Origin: Lytechinus pictus
Lineage: Eukaryota
DNA length: 64,000 nucleotides
Direction: 5' to 3'
Assembly (NCBI RefSeq): GCF_037042905.1
Contig: NC_087251.1
Location: forward strand, 5,954,001-6,018,000
How positions within the stretch are numbered: position 1 is the stretch's first letter; each line of letters opens with the position of its first letter. Shown piece after piece: positions 13,420 through 23,687 of this stretch. Made by a program: the position numbers and the translations under genes. The notes under the pieces are model-generated. The model was not told the origin of the DNA, did no database searches, and worked only from the letters and a program-made list of their open reading frames with translations.

Positions 13420-14305
13420 CTCTTCATTTTTCCCGGCGAAAGTTGACGGGTGATTTCACTTCCCCGGCGAAGAAAAATTTCTACCCTTTCGCACTGACTT
13501 CTCTTCCCCGGCGAAAGTTGACGGGTGATTTGCTCGGGCGGAAGTAAGTGCAGACCCGGTGTCAATGAAAGCGCACGCTTTTTTAAATTTGAATTTTAAT
13601 CGTACTCTTCCCTTATCAATTGCAGATACCTAATTAATTTCATCAGTGAAGTTTTGGAGATGACGGCTGGGAAACACTTCTCAGCTGCTGCTGCTGCTGA
13701 TCAGCTCACTCGGCACATGCATGCAGAATTAGAACTAACAAAAAGAAAATTGTAAACATCGCTTCTTACCGATTACAAAAAATTGTAAAAAAAATTAATT
13801 GCAACATATTCTAGAAATATTAGAAGCAAAACAAAAAATCAAAGTATTTTGATATTTTAAGCGCATTTTTAGCATGTAAAATAATGCTTTTATAATAAAT
13901 ATCGTTAGTGAAAAAAACAAACTGTATGTTCGAGGGAATAATCGAATCGCTCATAAAGCATGGCCTTCTACATTTATCCACGGAAATAATAGCTAGCTAG
14001 TGCGCAGAATCTCAGTTCAGGGAATTTTGGGGAGAAAAAAAATGACCTCTGACGTCATTAAAGAGAAGTTCTCTGGTTTGCTTTTATACTGGCTGTTTCA
14101 CCGGCGAACTTCGCCGGCGAAATAGTTTCACCGGTGAAGTTCTCCACCTCTAGAGGTGGAGAAGTTCGCCAGGGAAGTTACCTTTCATACTGGACACTGT
14201 ACTTTTCATACTGGATACTGTACCTTTCATACTGGACACTTTCCCCTTCGCTGGCAAACTTCACCGGCGAAGTTCTCTGGGGAAAAGCGCAGTATGAAAG
14301 GGGTA
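13420..14305. mobile_element. Degenerate PIF/Harbinger-like non-autonomous element
   Basis: Right end TATGAAAGGGGTA|TAA resembles the TIR at 28345-28363. Repeated CCGGCGAA subterminal motifs occur at both ends, and a 21-bp unit is tandemly repeated x3 at ~14179-14241. The left boundary is uncertain. Confidence 0.5.
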
Positions 14306-16278
14306 TAAATGTAGTGAAGACACAGAAAGAGAGAACAATCATAGATAGTATAGATTGTTATAAATTATGTAGAGGCTGTGTAACAAGAGACAGTATTGAC
14401 TTAAGTCAATGAACTCAAACATTCAAATGGTATCTACAGTACCCTGGTTTACAAAATTCAGTATGGTGCTGTTGTGTGAATGGGGCTAGTGTCTCGGTGC
14501 TGTCTACAAAATCATCCTCTTTTTCAGGTTTCATTAAGCTGTGTCACAGATATATGCTTATTGATCTAGGTCGGGTCTCAGATTTACTCCAGAAAAATCT
14601 CTGATTTGCCCTTTTATACTGCTTTGAAAGTAAAGATAAGCATTAGCTGTGTGACATTACAAGATTTTATGAAGCGGTTTGCCTGAGTATGGTTGAAGAG
14701 ATAAATTCAATCAGATGGAAAAAAAGAATGAATAATGTGAAGGTCAGTGGAATATCAATGTTTGCTATCATGTTTGGAACTGAAAGGGTGCTAAACTATG
14801 GATTATCACATAGCTGCACTTAAAACCCTCTGCTTCAGACATGTATTGAATACAGTATTGATTAGTCAAAATTATTACAGACTACACCAAACAAGCATTT
14901 TCCAATAAGGACTTAATCATTATGATTTACACCAAAATTTGTACTGCACTTTTAATTTGTAAATCAAAAGTCATAGCTATCAAGACTAAAAGTTTATGAA
15001 AGGACCCCCACTTATGTGATGTTGTGACTATGTTAGAGGACAGGTCCCCTTTAAACCTTTCTACTGATGTCAGGCTGAGTAAGTCTGTTATGAGGATGAA
15101 TAAAATCAATTTTAAAGATCTAGTTCACTTTTTGTAGTGATGTAATGATTCTGACAGTAACGTTATATTCCTTTTCATTTGAAACAGTATTCACAAAGAC
15201 AATGCCTCATAAATTCTTCTTTTGTTCTATTAGATAAACTAGAACAACTAATATACAGTGGCCTAATTTTCATGATTCATTAGTTTTCATGTCCTGTTAT
15301 GCTGCGTAGAATGAATAGATATCCTGGCAGAATTATTGTTTCATGGAGCAATAATGTATAGATACCATGGCATCACAATTGGAAGAAAGGCTTTATTCTT
15401 GCTATCTCAGTTGACTGGTTTGTTCATATTAGCATGTAAACACAAGAATTTCAAATGTTTAGGAATTATACACACTTATTGAATTCAATGGTTTTTAATT
15501 TGATTTTTTTTTTCGTATGGGCTACAGGTTTCAGATTTATTTAGTTTACTGGATTGATTGATTTCAATAGAGATATTTTTTTGGAGGATTGTTTTTATAT
15601 TTCCAATAGGCACTAAAATTAAGTAAGAAGGGTAATTTCCAGTATTCTGATCTTGATTGATTACCTCAGTATAAATACATTCACAGATTGGACAATAATT
15701 TTTTTCTTATCCTTGCAATATACATATTCTTTCAATAATTAAAAACAAATCAAATATTTTTTTGTGATAGTTTAATCAGAAAAGTTCATCAGAGAATCTC
15801 CAGGATATAGGCCTAGTGATTCTCATGACTTGAGACAAATGATTAAAATACAGTACTGATATATATGTACTGTGTATTTGAATCTGATCTAGGGCAGGTC
15901 CAAGCTATTGTCCCCTCTGAAGCCAAAATTAAATCTTTGCCTAAATCTAACATATTGTATATCATTTTAAAGCTTATACTCTGAAGTTTTTTGCCCTATA
16001 TTTTTTTTCTTCTGAAAACGCAAAGTTAATGAATGCCAAGGTCACGATTCCAAGAAATCATTAATTAGCGTGACGTACGGGACATCACATTTTTTGATCT
16101 GCAGATAATGCAAATTATATATTTGAAAATATATCTGTGGGGAGTTGTAGTGCTAAGTTAATGCAAACATTTGAGAGAAAAAGTTATTTTAAAAATTAAT
16201 TAAGTTAATTATCTGGTGTCCAACAGGCAGTGCCCTGTACGTCACAATTTAGCATATGTTTTTTTAGATTCTAATTAA

Positions 16279-16863
16279 AGGAGAATGAAACCCTTGAAAC
16301 CAGCTTAATCCATATCAAAGAGAAAAATCAAAGAAACATATTGTTGAAAGTTTGAGGAAGATTGAATGAATAATAAGAAAGTTATGAGCATTTGAATATT
16401 GAGATCACTAATGCCATGTAGATCCTCCCATTGGCAATGCGACCAAGATCTGTGATGTCACACATGTACGACTCCCTCATTACTTTAGTACTTATTTCAC
16501 TTATATTCTCACTTTTATAGAGTCTATCACAAGGTGAGGTGTTCTCTTTATGAGAGGACAAGTACAGAGGTTTCACAATATTATATCTTTGATGAATCGT
16601 TTGTCATATGATTAGAATGAGCAAAAAGAGATGTTTTGGGGTATATTTTCAGTGTCCAAAAGGGGAGAGTTGTTCATCTGTGACATCATAGATCTTGGTC
16701 GCATTGCCAATGGGAGGATCTCCATAGCAATTAGTGATCTCGACATTCAAATGCTCATAACTCTTCTATTGCTAGTCCTATTTTACTCAAACTTTTGTTG
16801 ATCTTATTCTTTGATTTTTCTGCTTTCACAAAAGCTAACTTGCTCCAAGAGTTTCATTCTCCT
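16279..16863. mobile_element. Kolobok-type palindromic MITE
   Basis: TTAA|AGGAGAATGAAAC ... GTTTCATTCTCCT|TTAA, with long imperfect inverted arms (~180 bp). TTAA TSD with purine-purine TIR start. Confidence 0.75.
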
Positions 16864-17025
16864 TTAAGGAAAAGTTGATAAGTTTTCTTCACACTTTGGA
16901 TAGTTCTAATTTATATTACTATACATCAAAAAATTAAAGTGAATTTACTGAATCAATTACATGTTTAATTATATCAGCTAATTAAGCTTTGTGACGTACG
17001 GGACACACCATACTTTATACATAGG

Positions 17026-17639
17026 ATTATCTCAACCCAGACAAAATACACGAGAGGCGAGTAAATGCATTTTCCGTGGAGTTTAATAAAAATTGTTTCT
17101 GAAAAGCATCTTCCAAATGATGTATACCAAAATGTAAAATGATGTGTTGTCAAATAAAGCCAACATAATATAATGCAACAATCAAAACATAATAATATAA
17201 ACGTAAAGCCTCCTGAGATGTGTCATATGCGAAAAATTAAAGTTATTAAACCAATCTCCTCAATTGACAATTAAAACAGTCCATCCACATTCATGACAAA
17301 GACACCAGTTTGTCATGTTGGCCAAATGTGGGCAACGTAAAATTCCATCTGCAAAGCTACGAAGCAAAGATTCCCGTTTGCAACACGAGCTTATGCAGGA
17401 AAACTTTTAAAACAGAAACTAGTGCTCAGAAGCCCCACCAACGGCCCTGAACTAGAATGTGAACGAGGCAACGTTAATGTTCGGTCCGAAATGGAATTCG
17501 CTGGTGGCCTCATCCAAATCGGGTGACGAACCAAGCCCCGTTCACATTATAACATGAGGAGTGGAATATACGAAATTGGTCTAAATAAATGAAAAATATT
17601 ATCTCAGGAAGCCCAAAATAAGTGAAGAATCATAATGTG
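17026..17639 (-). repeat. Split direct repeat B2 (614 bp)
   Basis: Matches 18307-18920 (offset 1281). One substitution seen (17442 C vs 18723 T). Confidence 0.95.
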
Positions 17640-17902
17640 ATAGGAAAAGGCCGAGCTCCAGCAAGGGCGAAAACACCCCCCTGAACACCTGATGATAAAT
17701 TAACTAAACTGGTAAACCAAAGTAAAATACAAAAAGGTATCCAAAATTAGGTGAACAGGTTGGATGGAATTACCTTGCGGCCCACTTTGGGTGTGCGACC
17801 AGGCTTAAGGCCCGAAGCTCACATTCAGGTTAGAATGAATAACATGAAACAAAACATCTTGACGTTGAAAATTAGTGGGGGTGACAAGGGGATGGAGGAG
17901 GG

Positions 17903-18309
17903 AAAAATACAGGAAGTATGTTGCACAAGACAGGTGAATTGAGATGGAAGATGCTTTCAAATCGACTCCACGAAGAAGAATGCTAACTTGTTAGAAATTG
18001 GCTTTTGCCCCCTCCCGAAATTACCACGTCAGCTAACGCGACGTAGCATTTTTAGCCACGCCTCCTTGTAATGTCCGAAAAATACCAAAATTCGCAACGC
18101 AACATTTTTTGGCCACGCCTCCTCGTGAAGTCCGACAAAATACCATATTTGGCATCGCAACATATCTCCGCCAGGGCAAAGGAATTCGCCTGACCAGGCC
18201 CTTTCCTTGTAAAACACCTGTTACGTACCGCTGGCGGGCTATGTTGTTGTCCAGCTAGTCTGACCTGAGATAACCTCTCATTAACTCGCTGCGCGCGTTA
18301 AGAGGTATT
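17903..18309 (-). repeat. Split direct repeat A2 (407 bp)
   Basis: Matches 23688-24094 (offset 5785). Two substitutions seen (18195, 18291). Confidence 0.95.
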
Positions 18310-18920
18310 ATCTCAACCCAGACAAAATACACGAGAGGCGAGTAAATGCATTTTCCGTGGAGTTTAATAAAAATTGTTTCTGAAAAGCATCTTCCAAATG
18401 ATGTATACCAAAATGTAAAATGATGTGTTGTCAAATAAAGCCAACATAATATAATGCAACAATCAAAACATAATAATATAAACGTAAAGCCTCCTGAGAT
18501 GTGTCATATGCGAAAAATTAAAGTTATTAAACCAATCTCCTCAATTGACAATTAAAACAGTCCATCCACATTCATGACAAAGACACCAGTTTGTCATGTT
18601 GGCCAAATGTGGGCAACGTAAAATTCCATCTGCAAAGCTACGAAGCAAAGATTCCCGTTTGCAACACGAGCTTATGCAGGAAAACTTTTAAAACAGAAAC
18701 TAGTGCTCAGAAGCCCCACCAATGGCCCTGAACTAGAATGTGAACGAGGCAACGTTAATGTTCGGTCCGAAATGGAATTCGCTGGTGGCCTCATCCAAAT
18801 CGGGTGACGAACCAAGCCCCGTTCACATTATAACATGAGGAGTGGAATATACGAAATTGGTCTAAATAAATGAAAAATATTATCTCAGGAAGCCCAAAAT
18901 AAGTGAAGAATCATAATGTG
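18307..18920 (-). repeat. Split direct repeat B1 (614 bp)
   Basis: Direct copy of B2. Abuts A2 with a 3-nt ATT overlap, reconstituting the predicted circle junction. Confidence 0.95.
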
Positions 18921-19894
18921 TTGTGGCAAAAAATGGAATGCCGCCAAACGGGATGACTCATCGTCAGCCTGCCGCTACAACACAATATGATGCCAATAGT
19001 TCAAACCATGCTGTATTTACAAGGTCCACGCTAAGAAGCTGGGAAAAGGGGGGGTGCATTAAACGAACAGGGTTGCACAATTAAACCATCTAGGAGGATT
19101 CATGCTCATTCAGTCCACTTGCGAAGAGTCTAGTGCCCTAAGATAAAGGAGAGGCGGGGGGGGGGGGGGCGGGGCCTAGTAACTAAATAGTGAAGTTTGT
19201 AGTAAGGACATGAGATCTGATGATACCACGTGTGAGTTCTGGATAAGGTATTCAGGTCATAACATCTGCTCATAAAAAAGTTCCAACTGTTCGCGACGTC
19301 CGAGCCAGCGAGTCCTCGACGGAGGTAAAACAGCTGTTACTCTAGTGATTTCGCTCCGCGACAAAGAAATCAAGTGTTCTCCTGTTCGCGGATGTATTGA
19401 GTTTTAGGACCCGGCCACGTGCCGAGTAGTGAGGGCCCGCCCCCAACTAGAGCGGGACTGCCCGCGTCAGCGAAACGTGAATTGACCCCTTCCTCTTTTA
19501 CGATTCCGTGGAATGCTGACACAACCCACGTTGAGACTCCAAATAACTGCACATGGAAGAGAGAAAAGGAAAGAAACTGCGGCACCAATTGTACATTCTA
19601 AAAAGGGGGGGGGTACATAGTTACCATAAACACGATAAGTGTAGCAAAGACCACAATCTACTAACAGTGGGCGAGCAATTCTGCCTGCGCCCATGGAACT
19701 ATTAACGGGTAAGATAACCATTGCGTCACCATGGCAACAATCGAGAGAGAGAGAGAGAGAGTAAGGTTAATATTTACTGCTCGTTAGGGGTTGTCAAAAA
19801 ACAAAAACAAATAAACATTAGGTCGATATTAAATTGTGCACAAACTGGTATTAAACATAGAAGGGTGATAAACATACTGGCAAAATTGCTTAAA

Positions 19895-20815
19895 TTAAGG
19901 GGGGAGAGGTTGTCGAATATACAATCTGTGTGTGTTGGAAGCCCAGCGCCCCATATTTTGAATGCAAACATCGGGAACACCTGCCATGGCTGCAGAAGTT
20001 GCCGCCCCAATACGGAAAGAATGGGAAGAGAAATGAGCAACGGGTAGCCCGCAAAAACTAATGGCACGCTTTAAAACTTGGCCAAATTGGTGCCTCGTTA
20101 GGGGTGACGAGTCAAAGTGACGGAAAAAGGCAGAGCCGACCGAGCTCCGCAGAGCGAGGTAATCATTTACAGCGCGAAGTGGGCATAAATACGAAACAAC
20201 ATTCTGTGGAATTAAAATCGAGCATCCACGTCCAGTTTGATCTGTTTTAGACCTCGCAATCACAATGCGCAATTTTGCTTGATTACCCATCCCTTGAATA
20301 ATAACATCTTTTTCTGATAAAGGAACGGGTTCATGTCTAGATCGAGACGTGAACTCCCCTACTCGAAGAAAACCAAAGAAAGCGATTAGAAAGGCAGCCC
20401 GAAACAATGCCAGATCATACGTATTAACGCATACGTGAGTCAATGAATTTAGGATGGATTTGAGAATAGGCAGGGTTATGGGACACCGGGTATCACGGCG
20501 AGCATTTTTCCGCCTGCACCCGTCTACCAGCCGCCGGATTACAAACGCGTCAGTCACATCAGGCCAACCCAATGTTTGCATCGTAAAAGCCAGGCCTGAT
20601 ATATATGTACTTATTGTTGCCCCCGCATACCCATTCCAGGAGAGATAAGCAATAAATTGAGCGACCTGCTCAACGTCAGGACGTATACTTATATCATAAT
20701 GATATTGCAGCCGAAACTGCTTAAACACAGACCAAGCGTTCCTATAAGTATGATGAGTGCCGGGCGCCCGCGAAGAAAACAACAGATGCTCTCTCTCTAT
20801 ATGAAGCTGCTCCAA
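19895..20815 (-). CDS. Tyrosine recombinase of the retrotransposon (306 aa, intact)
   Basis: All catalytic residues are present: FLRVGE (R), RSKTDQ (K), SHSFRIGAAT (HxxR), MGRW (W), LYIR (Y). Confidence 0.95.
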   Translation of the reverse strand: MEQLHIEREHLLFSSRAPGTHHTYRNAWSVFKQFRLQYHYDISIRPDVEQVAQFIAYLSWNGYAGATISTYISGLAFTMQTLGWPDVTDAFVIRRLVDGCRRKNARRDTRCPITLPILKSILNSLTHVCVNTYDLALFRAAFLIAFFGFLRVGEFTSRSRHEPVPLSEKDVIIQGMGNQAKLRIVIARSKTDQTGRGCSILIPQNVVSYLCPLRAVNDYLALRSSVGSAFFRHFDSSPLTRHQFGQVLKRAISFCGLPVAHFSSHSFRIGAATSAAMAGVPDVCIQNMGRWASNTHRLYIRQPLPP

Positions 20816-22463
20816 AGATGGGCGGGAAGCTTGCTGCCAGCCAGATCTGCGCCTGGTGCTAACCTGCGAAACCTGTCCATCTGAAAACGAGAGAGGGCAT
20901 CAGCCTTTTCATTGCGAGAGCCTGGCACGTAACGTGCTTTGAACATAATATTATGTTTCAAACAAAGAACTACAAGCAAACGAACCAGTTTCATTACACT
21001 AGGACATTTCGAAGTTAAGGAATTAACAACATGAACAACTGATTGATTATCTGACCAAAATAAGACCTTAGAATTAGCTAGAAGAGCCCCCCACATACGT
21101 ATACCGACTACTATTGGGAAAAGCTCTAGAAAAGCGATGGAATAATTCTTCTCCAGTATTTCAGCTGGCCATTTCCCTTGAGCCCACTTATCCTGGAAGG
21201 ATATACCAAAGCCAATGCTACCCGCAGCGTCAGTAAAGAACTGAAAATGAGCATTAGTTACCCATGTTGAGTGTGAAAACATAACTGTGCCATTGAAATC
21301 AGACAGAAACGTAAGCCAGGCCTGCATGTCCTCTTTTGCGCCGCGTGAAAGCCTTATCCGGTGGTTTGGGTGCGGACCCCTTTAGTAAGATCGATAAGTC
21401 TCCTTAGGAAGGCTCTTCCGGGAGCCACGGCTTTACACACGAAATTAAGGCTGCCAATTAGCGACTGCAACTGCCGCAACGAGAGCTTATCTTTCTTAAC
21501 AAAATCAATGAGCATTGCCTGTAACACGTTTACTTTCTCCTTGGGTACCCGAACTCTCTGCTCAGCCGCGTCGATTTCAAGCCCTAAAAATATGATAGTG
21601 GGAACGGGCCCCTCAGTCTTCTCCTCCGCTATCGGGACGCCAAAAACCTCGCACATCGCCTTAAAATGATACATCAAGGAACGACATTCCTGCCGTGTTG
21701 CGCCAACGAAAAAGAAATCATCCAAATAATGCAAAATTTGCTCTGAATTCGCAATTTCACGGCAACATGACTCAAGAAAAGTGCTAAAACGCTCAAAATG
21801 GGCACATGAAATTGAGCAGCCCATTGGCAAGCATTTATCAAAGTAATACGCGCCATCAATGCAAAACCCCAGAAGGTCAAAATCGGAGGGATTCACTGGT
21901 AGTAAGCGAAAAGCGGATTTTATATCGGTTTTTCCCATGAGAGCACTAGCTCCCAAGCGAGCAACGAGATCAACCGCCTTGTCAAATGAAGTGTAATTCA
22001 CGGAACATAAATCGGAATCAATGTGGTCATTAACCGAAGCCCCCCGAGGAGAAGATAGATGCTGAATTAGACGGAATTCTCCCGGATTTCGCTTGGGGAC
22101 GAGCCCTACCGGGGAGCAGCGAAAGTTATCGAAAGGCGGGTCTTGGAAAGGACCTGACATTCTCCCTAAACTAACTTCCTTACCAACTTTCTCCAACAGC
22201 ATGTCCCTATGCTCCCTAGCTGATTTCAAATTACGCGAGAACACAGAGCGACGCTCGCCTGTGAAACCCAATGAAAAACCCAACCTAAAACCAGAAATCA
22301 GCAAAGCTGCATTATGTTGATTATGGTGCCGTCTAAGAAATGGGAGCATGCTGCCAAGTTTAATTGGAGTTGGAGCTAGGCTTCTGTTTGGTGATTGCAG
22401 CGGCAGAGTTGCAGGCGTGTGAGCCATGCGCTGCTGAGGAGCATTTTCCGCACCGGTGAGCAT
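20797..22463 (-). CDS. Reverse transcriptase / RNase H polyprotein, split by one frameshift near 21369
   Basis: ORF 22463-21354 has DIRS-type RT motifs (KTDIKSAFR, LPMGCSIS, HYLDDFF, FLGLEID). ORF 21327-20797 has RNase H motifs (FTDAAG, LELFPIV, SDNQSVV, ADALSR). Adding one base in the G3 run at 21368-21370 fuses them (..GVRTPNHRIRLSRGAKEDMQAW..). Confidence 0.92.
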
Positions 22464-23464
22464 AACGACAGGCGGTGCGTTGGCATGACCCAGCGTTAAA
22501 GGCGAAACAGACTGGTGAGGAGCGGAAGGGGGCAGGCGCCAGGGGCCCGAATTGCCCCTTGTCTGTTGGCATATCCTGAGGATGGGAAACTACCCCGCCG
22601 AAACGACCGGTCGTATGGCCGAAAGGGCTGGTTACCCCCAAAAGACGAAAACGCTGCTCGACCGGGCGTCGAAGCTACTGTCAGCCATAGCTCGGTGTCT
22701 ATGACAGCCCAGGAACGATGTGGATGACGGGCCTGACGTAACCGAAATTGAATGTCATAGGCCCGCCAATTGAAACCCCCAAAACGCACAATAGAGCGAA
22801 CGATATCCATATACTTGAGGAGCTCGCGCGCACGCATACAGTGTCGCTCCAAGTATATAGAGGCGTAAATAATGAACGCAGATGTCCACTGTTCTATGCT
22901 GGCGATCACCGGAGCCTTGCTTTGGGGGCGAAGCATTAAAGCGGACCCGGTGGCACAAAGGCTGAAGGCCTGCAACTGGGAACTTTCCTCACTTAAGCTT
23001 TCCCTTTTTAGTAATCCACCTAACTCTACAAATTCACCTTTCCAAATCTTCTCCTTAACACTGGAAGGCACCTCCCCGCCCAAATCATCACACACACAGC
23101 TAAGCATATCTGGCTGCGCAGACAGCGTAGGAAAAGGAGGGCTGGGGGCTGGTGTAAAATTATCATGACTATTAATCCCCTCAACTACAGGGGCAGGAGG
23201 GATAGAAGGAGAAGCTTGGGATTGAATTTGAGGAATGACCGGCTCTTGTGGAGAAGTCACAAGAGGCCAGGAGCCCCCCATTGTCCCGAACTCACCGTTG
23301 GTTGTCGACGCCGAACTTCCAGCAGCTGGGCTCTGCGTAGAAGTAAAAACTTGGCCGACGTCTGTCTCGAGGTCGACAGGAGAAGGCTGGCTGGCGGCAT
23401 CTCGGACCGAACGACGAGTAGACTTCCTCTGACTTAACTTTTTGCCTGGCTTAACCTTGGGCAT
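22360..23464 (-). CDS. Gag-like ORF1 with C-terminal Cys/His zinc finger, split by one frameshift near 22530
   Basis: ORF 23464-22496 has Ngaro-like ORF1 blocks (KEKIWKGEFVEL, IEQWTSAF, WRAYDIQFR). The zinc finger CFAFNAGSCQRTACRYAHRCGKCSSAAHGSHAC lies in another frame (to 22360). Removing one base from the G5 run at 22528-22532 fuses them. Confidence 0.85.
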
Positions 23465-23687
23465 GATTGAATAATGCAGGGGTGGCGAAATTGAAAGGTC
23501 CTTAGACTAGAGCAAACTGTGACTCCTAACAGCTCAAAAGTCCAACAAACGGATATAACACAAATATACAGGTATGTTCCCAGATAAAAGAATAAATTCT
23601 CAACTGCGAAGCGTTCTTTAAGATATATGAATGGGTAAGAAAGACAATTAGAAGGATCACAACTAAAGAGTTCAACGAACGAATAAC

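Noticed and set aside
17026..18920. Assembly duplication artefact
   Set aside because: The A1...B1-A2-B2 order with a precise ATT junction is the expected element structure, and the copies differ by a few substitutions.
18930..19260. Hammerhead ribozyme cores (CTGACGA on - at ~18961-18967; CTGATGA on + at ~19218)
   Set aside because: Neither is followed by stem II plus the GAAA core. No convincing HDV-like or twister fold was recognised by eye either.
19370..19721. Extra (e.g. SGNH hydrolase) ORF after the YR
   Set aside because: Only short ORFs of 60-84 aa, with no GDS/GxND/DxxH motifs.
19895..20815. Bacterial/phage integrase, contamination or horizontal transfer
   Set aside because: The YR overlaps a DIRS-type RT/RNase H ORF inside split direct repeats, embedded in intron-containing eukaryotic DNA.
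21354..21375. Programmed -1 frameshift at CCCAAAC between RT and RNase H
   Set aside because: The heptamer is not in the X XXY YYZ register of the RT frame (codons ACC CAA ACC). A 1-nt homopolymer indel is simpler.
20454..23437. Plus-strand ORFs of 60-102 aa inside the retrotransposon
   Set aside because: Antisense shadows of GC-rich coding sequence with no recognisable motifs.
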